A DNA stretch of 64,000 nucleotides, from assembly GCA_963734355.1 (NCBI GenBank), contig CAVTHU010000044.1:86273-150272 (forward strand), read 5' to 3'. The translations under genes were made by a program, and so were the position numbers. Below are positions 10,579 to 18,924 of the stretch, piece after piece. The stretch is from an uncultured Actinomycetota bacterium (GTDB lineage: Bacteria; Actinomycetota; Actinomycetes; Propionibacteriales; Nocardioidaceae). The notes beneath the pieces were generated by a model that made no database searches, was not told where the DNA came from, and saw nothing but the letters and a program-made list of their open reading frames with translations. The number at the start of each line of letters is the position of its first letter. Position 1 is the stretch's first letter.

Positions 10579-10779
10579 ATGGCTGACGAAGTTCTCGACG
10601 ACGACGACATGACGACGACCCCGACCGAGGGCACCCCAGGCGGTGGCGGCGACGCAGACGGCACCGACGGTGGCGACGCCGACGGCACCGATGGCGGCGA
10701 CTCGGACGGCACCGACGGTGGCGACGCGGACGGCACCGACGGCGACGCGACGGACACCACCGACGGGGACGCCTCCTGA
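10579..10779 (+). CDS. 66-aa Asp/Gly/Thr repeat peptide (D[AS]DGTDGG)n; candidate precursor peptide
   Basis: GGAGG RBS at 10570-10574; MADEVLDDDDMTTTPTEGTPGGGG-DADGTDGG-DADGTDGG-DSDGTDGG-DADGTDG-DATDTTDG-DAS; repeat units differ mainly at synonymous positions. Confidence 0.8.
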   Translation: MADEVLDDDDMTTTPTEGTPGGGGDADGTDGGDADGTDGGDSDGTDGGDADGTDGDATDTTDGDAS

Positions 10780-11897
10780 GCGCACTCGACCAGCTGACCG
10801 GTGACGCCCAGACCTTCCGCGAGAAGGTCTGGGCGTCGCGGGTCCACCACCACAACGTCGACCCGGCCGAGCTGGCGGCGTACTTCTCGCTGGAGGACGC
10901 CGACCGGTTGCTCACCGCGACCGCGATCCGTACGCCGAGCGTCCGACTGGTCCGCGACGGCACGGTGCTGCCCGAGAAGGGCTACACCCGCGGGGCCACC
11001 CTCGCCGGCCGGCCGCTGACCGGGCTGGTCGACGGACGGACCGCGGTCGAGGAGTTCCGGAACGGCTCGACCGTCGTCTTCCAGGGGCTGCACCGCTCGT
11101 TCCCGCCCCTGGTCGACCTGATCTCCCAGCTCGAGCTCGAGCTCGGCCACCCGTGCCAGGCCAACGCCTACCTGACCCCGCCCGGGGCTCAGGGGTTCGC
11201 CGTGCACGCGGACACCCATGACGTGTTCGTGCTGCAGACCGCCGGCACCAAGCAGTGGGAGCTCAAGCTGCCCGACGGGGACGAGGAGCCGCTGCTCGAG
11301 CCGGGCCACGTGATGTACCTGCCCACCGGCACGCCGCACGCCGCCCGCGCCCAGGACGCCGTCTCGCTGCACATCACGATCGGCATCAACCAGCTCACCT
11401 GGCGCGGCCTGGTCGAGCGCTCGCTGAGCTCGCTGGCCGCCGAGGTCCCCGCCGACCACCTGCCGGCCGGCTACCTCGAGGACCCGCAGGCCCTGGCCCA
11501 CCAGCTGGGCCGGCACCTCTCCGACATCGCCGACCGGCTGCACTCCGTCGATCCGACCGACGTGATCGACGCCGAGGTACGCCGCTTCCTCACCTCGAGG
11601 CCACCTCGGCTCGAGGGGGCGCTGGTCGACGGGCTTCGCCTCGACGCGATCGACGACGACACCCTGCTGCGCCGCCGTCCCGGCCACCCCTGCGTGCTGG
11701 TCGACAAGGGTGACCGGCTCGAGGTGCTTCTCGGCGACCGGACCCTCGACGTACCGGCCCGGATCCGGCCGGCCCTCGAGGAGGTCCGCGGCCGCGTCGA
11801 GCTCCGCCCCCGCGACCTGCCACTCGACGAGCAGAGCCGGTTGGTGCTGGCCCGGCGCCTGGTCCGCGAGGGGCTGCTCAGGGTCGTCACCCCATGA
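10776..11897 (+). CDS. JmjC/cupin Fe(II)-2OG oxygenase, ROX (YcfD/NO66-like) family
   Basis: QANAYLTPPGAQGFAVHADTHDVFVLQTAGTKQW (HxD plus 2OG Lys), LEPGHVMYLPTGTPH, winged-helix-like tail RRLVREGLL; frame stays open and coding-like back to CTG 10776. Confidence 0.88.
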   Translation: MSALDQLTGDAQTFREKVWASRVHHHNVDPAELAAYFSLEDADRLLTATAIRTPSVRLVRDGTVLPEKGYTRGATLAGRPLTGLVDGRTAVEEFRNGSTVVFQGLHRSFPPLVDLISQLELELGHPCQANAYLTPPGAQGFAVHADTHDVFVLQTAGTKQWELKLPDGDEEPLLEPGHVMYLPTGTPHAARAQDAVSLHITIGINQLTWRGLVERSLSSLAAEVPADHLPAGYLEDPQALAHQLGRHLSDIADRLHSVDPTDVIDAEVRRFLTSRPPRLEGALVDGLRLDAIDDDTLLRRRPGHPCVLVDKGDRLEVLLGDRTLDVPARIRPALEEVRGRVELRPRDLPLDEQSRLVLARRLVREGLLRVVTP

Positions 11898-11916
11898 TGT
11901 GCACTGTGATGGCCGC

Positions 11917-12810
11917 GTGAGCTTCAGGTGTGCCGACGCGAGTGAGGCGCGTGCCGAGTCGATGGCCGGAACGGCGTCGACGGTGCGCTCCTTCCTGCTG
12001 GTCGAGCACGCCGGGCCATGGGGCGAGGAGGCGCTGAGGGACGCGCGGATGCCCGCCGGCATCGGCCCGGAGCTGCGCGAGCGCGCGGCGGCGACCGGCA
12101 CGAAGGTGCTGCTGATCCGACGGCCGAGCAAGGCGTTGCGCACGCATGCGGGAGTCCGGGTCTTCGCGGCCTACGCGCACCACGCCGAGCCCTGGCTCGA
12201 GACCACGGTCCTCGACGACCTGCAGGGCGTCCACGACCTCGACCTCGAGGCGCTGGCGGCGGGCCGGTCGCTCGGGCTGACTCCGCACCCCGACCCAGTG
12301 CTCGCCGTCTGCACGCACGGCCGGCACGACAAGTGCTGCGCCGAGCGCGGCCGGCCGGTCGCGGCCGGCCTGGCCGAGGCGTTCCCCGACCAGACCTGGG
12401 AGGCGAGCCACATCGGCGGCGACCGGTTCGCCGCGAACCTGCTGGTGCTGCCGCACGGCCTCTACTTCGGCCGGCTCGAGGCCGACACCGCCCGCGGGGT
12501 GGCGCGGCTGCTGGCTGCCGGCGAGCTCGACCTCGACCACCTGCGCGGGCGTTCCGGACTGTCCACCCCGCTCCAGGCCGCCGAAGCCGCGCTGCGCAGG
12601 TACGTCGACGAGCGACGGCTCTCGGCGGTCCGGTTCGTCTCCCGCGAGGTGAGCGACGGCACGACCGACGCAGTCTTCGACGTCTCCGGTCGCCGCTACG
12701 CCGTCGCGGTGACCAGCGCCCGCGGCGACGACCTCCAGCGGCTCACCTGCCGCGCGCTGCGCGAGAATCCCGTCATGCACCACACGGTCCGCGAGATCAG
12801 GGCGCTCTGA
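11917..12810 (+). CDS. Sucrase/ferredoxin-like (Apd1/Aim32-type thioredoxin-fold Fe-S) protein
   Basis: LLVEHAGPWG, VCTHGRHDKCCAERG, WEASHIGGDRFAANLLVLPHGLYFGR; GTG start at 11917. Confidence 0.85.
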   Translation: MSFRCADASEARAESMAGTASTVRSFLLVEHAGPWGEEALRDARMPAGIGPELRERAAATGTKVLLIRRPSKALRTHAGVRVFAAYAHHAEPWLETTVLDDLQGVHDLDLEALAAGRSLGLTPHPDPVLAVCTHGRHDKCCAERGRPVAAGLAEAFPDQTWEASHIGGDRFAANLLVLPHGLYFGRLEADTARGVARLLAAGELDLDHLRGRSGLSTPLQAAEAALRRYVDERRLSAVRFVSREVSDGTTDAVFDVSGRRYAVAVTSARGDDLQRLTCRALRENPVMHHTVREIRAL

Positions 12811-12811
12811 C

Positions 12812-13711
12812 ATGAGGCGGGTGAAGGGGGCGGCCTCTCATCGCCGGCGGCGCCGGACGCTTGTGTGCTTGCCAGCCCGCGCGTGGACGGCGCCGGCATC
12901 CACCGCCGATGAGAGGCCGCCCCTGGCCCTCCTCGGCGCCTGCCATCCCGGCCCGGCGTTCGCGGTCACGCTCCTGGCCGGCCTGCTCGCGGGCGCGGTC
13001 GGGCTCGGCCCGGGACGCATCGCGCTGGTCGTCGCCGCGGTGCTGACCGGGCAGCTCTCCATCGGCTGGTCCAACGACCTGATCGACCTGGCGCGGGATC
13101 GGGCGGTCGGGCGCGAGGACAAGCCGCTGGTGGACGGCCGGGTGTCCGAGCAGACCGTCCGCGTCGCCTGCGGCCTCGCGGTCGTCGCGACCGTCCCGCT
13201 GTCGTTCGCGTGCGGATGGCTGGCCGGCGCGGTCCACCTGGTCTGCGTCGCCGCCGGCTGGGCGTACAACCTCGGCGTCAAGGCAACGCCCTGGTCCTGG
13301 CTGCCGTACGCCGTCGCGTTCGGTGGCCTGCCGGCGTTCGTCTCCCTGACCGACAACCCGGACCAGGTGCCCCCGGTGTGGCTCATGCTTGCCGGTGCGC
13401 TGCTGGGTGTGGGTGCGCACTTCGTCAACGTCCTGCCCGACCTGGCCGACGACGCCGCCACCGGCGTCCGGGGCCTGCCGCACCGGCTCGGCGCGCGCGG
13501 GAGCCAGGTGGTCGCAGCCGCGGTGCTCGTCGCGGCCGCAGTGGTGATCGTGGTCGGTGCGCCGATCGACTCCACGGTGGTCGCGGTCGTTGCCCTCGTC
13601 GTCACCGCCGGCCTGGCCGCGGTGGCGCTGTTCGCGCACGGCCGGGCGCCGTTCCGGGCGGCGATCGCCATGGCGCTGGTGGACGTGGCCATGCTGGTCT
13701 GGGCGCGATGA
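12812..13711 (+). CDS. UbiA-family prenyltransferase (start uncertain, probably later)
   Basis: ACHPGP, GWSNDLIDLARD..REDKPL, NVLPDLADD Asp-rich motifs, multiple TM helices. Confidence 0.88.
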   Translation: MRRVKGAASHRRRRRTLVCLPARAWTAPASTADERPPLALLGACHPGPAFAVTLLAGLLAGAVGLGPGRIALVVAAVLTGQLSIGWSNDLIDLARDRAVGREDKPLVDGRVSEQTVRVACGLAVVATVPLSFACGWLAGAVHLVCVAAGWAYNLGVKATPWSWLPYAVAFGGLPAFVSLTDNPDQVPPVWLMLAGALLGVGAHFVNVLPDLADDAATGVRGLPHRLGARGSQVVAAAVLVAAAVVIVVGAPIDSTVVAVVALVVTAGLAAVALFAHGRAPFRAAIAMALVDVAMLVWAR

Positions 13712-13786
13712 TCACCCCACGGAACTCTTCGGCGGGAGGGCTGCGCGCCGGCGCGAACACTTCCGCGGGGACCCCGAAAAGCTTGA
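13708..13786 (+). repeat. ATGA-junction repeat element, copy 1
   Basis: ATGATCACCCCACGGAA...TTCCGCGGGGACCCCGAAAAGCTTGA; ends shared with 51638-51719. Confidence 0.65.
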
Positions 13787-14958
13787 ACGAGTCCTGGGAC
13801 CTCGTGGTCGTGGGCGCCGGCCCGGCCGGCGCGACGGCCGCGCTCGCCGCACTGCACGCCGATCCGTCCCTGAAGGTGCTGCTCCTCGACCGGTCCGACT
13901 TCCCGCGCGACAAGTCCTGCGGCGACGGCATCGCCCCGCACTGCTTCGAGAAGCTGGCCTCGATCGGAGTCACCGGCGTCGAGGACGGCTGGACCCCGCT
14001 GACCCGGCTCGAGCTCGCCCGCGGCGACCAGTCGGTCTCCGGGACGATGGCCCGGCCGGTCTACGTCATCCCGCGCGAGGTCTTCGACGCCCGGCTGGTC
14101 GAGCGGGCCGTGGACCGCGGCGCCACGTTCCGCCGAGAGCGGATCGTCTCGATCGAAATGGTCTCGAACGGGACGATCCCGGATGAGATCGTCCTCAACG
14201 GGACCATCTCGGCCGGGATCGTCGTCGGCGCGGACGGCGCGCACTCCGTGGTCCGCGGGCAGCTCGGACTGCCGTACGGCCGTCGGGCGCTCGCGATCCG
14301 CGGCTACGCGCCCACCCCGCCGGACCGGCGCGGCACCCAGGTGATCCGCTACGGCGACCGCCGGCAGCCGGCGTACGCCTGGGCGTTCGACCGCGGCGAC
14401 GGCCTCTCGAACGTGGGCTACGGCGAGCTGCTGCCGGCCGACGGCGAGGGCGACCCACCGTCCCGGGCGCTGCTGCTCGACCAGCTCGAGCAGCTGCTGC
14501 CCGGCTCGGTCGACGCCGGAGAGCACTGGAAGGGCCACCACCTGCCGCTCTCCGGCTGGCGGTGGGAGCAGCCCGACGGCCGGCTGCTGCTCGCCGGCGA
14601 CGCGGCGGGCCTCATCAACCCGATGACCGGGGAGGGCATCTACTACGCGATCGCCACCGGCATCGCGGCCGGCCGGTCCGCGGTCAGCGCCCTGCGCGAC
14701 GGGGGAGACGCAGGGGCGCGGCACCGGCAGGAGGTCCGCGCCCTGCTCGGCCGGCACCTCAAGCACACCTACGTCGCCTCCAGGCTCGCGGAGCACCCGG
14801 TGATCGTCGATGGCGGCATCCGGGTCGCCCGCCGCGACAATCAGGTCTTCGACGAGCTGGTCGAGCTCGGGCTCGGCGACGGCAGGATCTCCGGCCGCCT
14901 GGTGCGCGGGCTGGTGGCGGGTTTGGGTCGCAAGGCAGTCTCGCGGGTGAGGGGATGA
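13708..14958 (+). CDS. Geranylgeranyl reductase-family FAD oxidoreductase
   Basis: [51 protein letters not shown]; ATGA overlap with ubiA. Confidence 0.85.
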   Translation: MITPRNSSAGGLRAGANTSAGTPKSLNESWDLVVVGAGPAGATAALAALHADPSLKVLLLDRSDFPRDKSCGDGIAPHCFEKLASIGVTGVEDGWTPLTRLELARGDQSVSGTMARPVYVIPREVFDARLVERAVDRGATFRRERIVSIEMVSNGTIPDEIVLNGTISAGIVVGADGAHSVVRGQLGLPYGRRALAIRGYAPTPPDRRGTQVIRYGDRRQPAYAWAFDRGDGLSNVGYGELLPADGEGDPPSRALLLDQLEQLLPGSVDAGEHWKGHHLPLSGWRWEQPDGRLLLAGDAAGLINPMTGEGIYYAIATGIAAGRSAVSALRDGGDAGARHRQEVRALLGRHLKHTYVASRLAEHPVIVDGGIRVARRDNQVFDELVELGLGDGRISGRLVRGLVAGLGRKAVSRVRG

Positions 14959-14968
14959 GGGGGAGTTG

Positions 14969-16030
14969 ATGCAGATCCTGACGGTCCGGGGCGCGTTGCC
15001 GGCTCATCGGCACCCGCAGGCGGAGATCACCGACGCGTTCGCGGAGCTGATCGCCGGCGGCGGGGGACTGGACGAGCGGTTGCTGCGCCGCTTCCATGCC
15101 AACTCCGGCGTCGAGTTCCGGCACACCGTGCTGCCCCTCGAGGCGTACGCCGGGCTCGGCGGCTTCACGGCCGCCAACGACCTGTTCATCGAGCACGCCG
15201 TCGAGCTCGGCTCCCGGGCGCTGCAGGATGCGCTCAAGGCCGCCGACCTCACACCGACGGACGTCGACCTGATCGTCACGGCGACGGTGACCGGGCTCGC
15301 CGTACCGTCGCTGGACGCGCGGATCGCCGCCCTGGTCGGGCTCCGGCCGGACGTGAAGCGGGTGCCGCTGTTCGGCCTCGGCTGCGTCGCGGGTGCTGCC
15401 GGGATCGCCCGCCTGGCCGACTACCTCGCCGGCCACCCCGGGGAGGTCGCCGTGCTCGTGGCCGTCGAGCTGTGCTCCCTCACCGTGCAGCGCGACGACG
15501 TCTCGGTGCCGAACCTGGTCGCCAGCGGACTGTTCGGCGACGGCGCCTCATGTGTCGTCGCGGCGGGCCGGGATCGCGACCACCCGGCCGCGGCCAGCGT
15601 CCTCGACTCCCGCAGTCGGCTCTACCCGGACTCGGAGCGGGTGATGGGCTTCGACGTGGGGAGCACCGGCCTGCGGATCGTGCTGGACGCCGACGTGCCG
15701 GTCGTGATCGGGCGCTACGTGGGCGAGGACGTCGACCTGTTCCTGGCCGACCACGGACTCACCCGTGCCGACATCGGCTGGTGGGTCTGCCACCCGGGCG
15801 GGCCGAAGGTGATCGACGCGCTGCAGGACACGCTGGGCCTGCCCGACGAGGCTGTCGCGCTCACGCGTCGTTCGCTCGCCCAGATCGGCAACCTGTCCTC
15901 GGCGTCGGTGCTGCACGTCCTGGAGGACACGCTCCGCGAGCGTCCGCCGGCGCCCGGCAGCTTTGGCCTGCTGATGGCGATGGGCCCCGGGTTCTGCTCC
16001 GAGCTGGTCCTGCTGCGGGCGAGGCCATGA
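14969..16030 (+). CDS. Type III polyketide synthase (SrsA/AgqA-like alkylresorcinol synthase)
   Basis: Catalytic [23 protein letters not shown], plus ELCSL, LFGDG, MGPGF. Confidence 0.93.
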   Translation: MQILTVRGALPAHRHPQAEITDAFAELIAGGGGLDERLLRRFHANSGVEFRHTVLPLEAYAGLGGFTAANDLFIEHAVELGSRALQDALKAADLTPTDVDLIVTATVTGLAVPSLDARIAALVGLRPDVKRVPLFGLGCVAGAAGIARLADYLAGHPGEVAVLVAVELCSLTVQRDDVSVPNLVASGLFGDGASCVVAAGRDRDHPAAASVLDSRSRLYPDSERVMGFDVGSTGLRIVLDADVPVVIGRYVGEDVDLFLADHGLTRADIGWWVCHPGGPKVIDALQDTLGLPDEAVALTRRSLAQIGNLSSASVLHVLEDTLRERPPAPGSFGLLMAMGPGFCSELVLLRARP

Positions 16031-16560
16031 CCTCACTGACGGCGTTCACGGTCCTCGTCCTCCTGGTCGGCGTCGAGCGGCTGGCCGAGCTCGTCGTCTC
16101 CAAGCGGAACGCCGCCTGGTCGTTCGAGCGGGGCGGCGTCGAGACCGGCTTCTCGCACTACCCGCCGATGGTGCTGCTGCACACCGGGCTGCTGGTCGGT
16201 GCGCTGGTCGAGGCGTACGTGCGCGAGCCGCACGTGCCGTCCGTGCTGGCGTGGTCGATGCTGGTCGTCGTCGTGCTCAGCCAGGCGCTGCGCTGGTGGT
16301 GCATCGCCACCCTCGGTCGGCAGTGGAACACGCGGGTGATCGTGGTGCCCGGGATGGTCCCGGTGAAGAAAGGTCCGTACAAGATCATTTCTCACCCCAA
16401 CTATGTCGCGGTGGTGCTGGAGGGGATCGCGCTGCCGCTGGTGCACGCCTGCTGGATCACGGCGGTGGTGTTCACGGTGCTCAACGCGGTGCTGCTGACC
16501 TTCCGGATCCGGGTGGAGAACGCCGCCCTCTCGACGCTCGCGGAGACCTCCCGTGCGTGA
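16027..16560 (+). CDS. Isoprenylcysteine carboxyl methyltransferase family (SrsB-like)
   Basis: [41 protein letters not shown]; ATGA overlap with the PKS. Confidence 0.9.
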   Translation: MTSLTAFTVLVLLVGVERLAELVVSKRNAAWSFERGGVETGFSHYPPMVLLHTGLLVGALVEAYVREPHVPSVLAWSMLVVVVLSQALRWWCIATLGRQWNTRVIVVPGMVPVKKGPYKIISHPNYVAVVLEGIALPLVHACWITAVVFTVLNAVLLTFRIRVENAALSTLAETSRA

Positions 16561-17575
16561 CCTGGTGATCGCCGGCGGCGGGCCGGTCGGGCTCGCCACC
16601 GCGCTGTACGCCGCCCGCGCCGGGCTCGACGTCGAGGTCCGCGAGCCGCGCCCCGGCCCGGTCGACAAGGCCTGCGGCGAGGGGCTGATGCCCGGTGCCG
16701 TCGCCGACCTGGCCGCCCTCGGCGTGGACCCGCCCGGTCATCGGCTGGCCGGGATCCGCTACCTCGGCGGCGGCCGCACCGCGGACGCGCCGTTCCGCCA
16801 CGGCGACGGACGCGGGGTGCGCCGAACGACGCTGCACCGGTCGCTCACCGACGCGGTGGCCGATGCCGGCGTGAAGATCGTCGAGCGCGCGGTCGGCGAG
16901 GTCGAGAACCGCCGCGGGCACGTCCTCGTCGACGACGAGCCCGCCGGCTACCTCGTCGCGGCGGACGGCCTGCACTCGCCGGTGCGCCGGATGCTCGGCC
17001 TCGACCAGCCGCCCGAGGGGCGCCGCCGGTACGGGCTCCGCGTGCACGTCGAGATGGCGCCGTGGACGCCCTTCGTCGAGGTGCACTGGGCCGAGGGGTC
17101 GGAGGCCTACGTGACCCCGGTCGGCGACGAGCTCGTCGGGATCGCGATGCTGACCGAGCGGCAGGTGCCTTTCGACCAGCTGCTCGCCGAGCACGTCCTG
17201 CTCAAGGAGCGGCTCGAGCGCCGGCCGCTCTCCCGGACCCGCGGCGCCGGACCCCTGCGCCAGCGCTCGACGGCACGCACGCTCGGCCGGGTCCTCCTCG
17301 TCGGTGATGCCGCCGGGTACGTCGACGCGCTGACCGGTGAGGGCATCGCGCTCGGCCTGGCCCAGGCGCGGGCGGCGGTCGAGGCCGTCGTGCTCGACCG
17401 GCCCGCGGACTACGAAGCGGCGTACAAGAAGCTCGGCCGCCGGCACGAGCTGCTCACCCACGCGCTGCTCTCGTCGTCCCGGCTCCCGCTGGTCCGCCGC
17501 CAGATCGTGCCCATGGCGGCCCGGCTACCGCGGGTCTTCGCGGGCGTCGTCGACCAGCTGGCGAGGCCGGCATGA
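16553..17575 (+). CDS. FAD-dependent monooxygenase (SrsC/AgqC-like)
   Basis: GGGPVGL, DKACGEGLMP, ADGLHS, VGDAAGYVDALTGEG; follows PKS and methyltransferase. Confidence 0.85.
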   Translation: MRDLVIAGGGPVGLATALYAARAGLDVEVREPRPGPVDKACGEGLMPGAVADLAALGVDPPGHRLAGIRYLGGGRTADAPFRHGDGRGVRRTTLHRSLTDAVADAGVKIVERAVGEVENRRGHVLVDDEPAGYLVAADGLHSPVRRMLGLDQPPEGRRRYGLRVHVEMAPWTPFVEVHWAEGSEAYVTPVGDELVGIAMLTERQVPFDQLLAEHVLLKERLERRPLSRTRGAGPLRQRSTARTLGRVLLVGDAAGYVDALTGEGIALGLAQARAAVEAVVLDRPADYEAAYKKLGRRHELLTHALLSSSRLPLVRRQIVPMAARLPRVFAGVVDQLARPA

Positions 17576-18150
17576 CCGCGGAGGAGGTCGTCCTCCTCGA
17601 CGACGACGGTCGGGCCATCGGCACCGCGCCCAAGGCCGAGGTGCACGGCACCGACACCCCGCTGCACCTCGCGTTCTCCTGCTACGTCTTCGACGAGGCC
17701 GGGCGGCTGCTCGTCACCCAGCGGGCCGTGGCCAAGCCGACCTTCGGCGGCGTCTGGACGAACAGCTGCTGCGGCCATCCGGCGCCGGGCGAGCCGATCG
17801 CCGAGGCGGTACGCCGCCGCACGGGCCAGGAGCTCGGCCTCGAGCTCGACCGGGTGACCCTCGTGCTGCCCCGGTTCGGCTACCGCGCGGTGGGTGACAA
17901 CGGGACCGTTGAGAACGAGCTGTGCCCGGTGTTCACGGCCCGCGCGACCGGCGACCCCCACCCCGACCCGACGGAGGTCGAGGCCTGGGAGTGGGTGCCC
18001 TGGCCGCAGTTCCGGGACGACGTCCGGCAAGGACGCCGCGAGGTCAGCCTCTGGTGCCGGGAGCAGGTCGAGGCGCTACCGGAGGACCCGCTCTCCGCTC
18101 CGGCGGCCGACGCTGCCCAGCTACCCCCGGCTGCCCGGACCACCACCTGA
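17572..18150 (+). CDS. idi: Isopentenyl-diphosphate delta-isomerase, type 1
   Basis: VH..TPLHLAFSC, WTNSCCGHP, ENELCPVF. Confidence 0.93.
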   Translation: MTAEEVVLLDDDGRAIGTAPKAEVHGTDTPLHLAFSCYVFDEAGRLLVTQRAVAKPTFGGVWTNSCCGHPAPGEPIAEAVRRRTGQELGLELDRVTLVLPRFGYRAVGDNGTVENELCPVFTARATGDPHPDPTEVEAWEWVPWPQFRDDVRQGRREVSLWCREQVEALPEDPLSAPAADAAQLPPAARTTT

Positions 18151-18168
18151 CCTCGACAGGATGACGGG

Positions 18169-18888
18169 GTGGACCCGACGACGTACGCCGTGATCGCGGC
18201 GGCCGTCCTGGTCGGGTCCGTCGTCCAGTCGGCGGTAGGTCTCGGCGTGGGCCTCGTCGCGGCGCCGGTGACCGCGTTGCTGGAGCCGGCGCTGATGCCG
18301 GGCGCGCTCCTCATGGTCGCGTTGCTGATGCCCTGCCTGACGCTGGTCTACGACCACCACGACATCGACTGGCACGGGCTGCTCTGGTCGTTGCCGGCCC
18401 GGTTGCCCGGGACCCTGGTGGGCGTCTGGGTGGTCACCACGCTGTCCGCGCGGGAGCTCGGCATCGCGATCGGCCTCGTCGTGCTGGGCGCGGTCGCGAT
18501 CACCTGGCGTGCGTTCGAGGTCCCGGTCAACCGGGCCAGCCTCTCGGCCGCTGGGTTCGCCAGCGGCATCACCGGTACCGCCACCTCGATCGGCGGGCCG
18601 CCGATCGCGATCGTCTACCAGCACCGGCCGGCCCGCGAGATCCGCACGACGATGGCGGTGTACTTCCTGGTCGGCGCCGGCATCTCCCTCGTGGCGCTGC
18701 TCATCAGTGGTGATCTCACCGACGACCAGGCCGTGGCCGCTGTGGAGCTGCTGCCGTTCCTCGCCCTCGGCGCACTGATCGGCGCGCTGGCCCGGCGCTC
18801 GATCCCGGCCCACGTCGTACGCCCGGCGGTGCTCCTGGTCAGCTCGGCATCGGCCCTTGTCCTGCTCGTGCGGTCCCTGATCGGATGA
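18169..18888 (+). CDS. Sulfite exporter TauE/SafE family membrane protein
   Basis: VQSAVGLGVGLV and GTATSIGGPP repeats, about 8 TM helices. Confidence 0.8.
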   Translation: MDPTTYAVIAAAVLVGSVVQSAVGLGVGLVAAPVTALLEPALMPGALLMVALLMPCLTLVYDHHDIDWHGLLWSLPARLPGTLVGVWVVTTLSARELGIAIGLVVLGAVAITWRAFEVPVNRASLSAAGFASGITGTATSIGGPPIAIVYQHRPAREIRTTMAVYFLVGAGISLVALLISGDLTDDQAVAAVELLPFLALGALIGALARRSIPAHVVRPAVLLVSSASALVLLVRSLIG

Positions 18889-18924
18889 GCGATGAGTCCT
18901 CGCGACACAAGGAGTCAGACCCGC

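Noticed and set aside
10645-10775. 24-nt tandem repeats as CRISPR or non-coding VNTR
   Set aside because: No spacers; variation is mainly synonymous in one reading frame, so the repeats are coding
7474-10779. 1101-aa LuxR fused to an acidic repeat tail
   Set aside because: One extra G bypasses a canonical LuxR stop; the tail has its own RBS and ATG, and indels are common in this window
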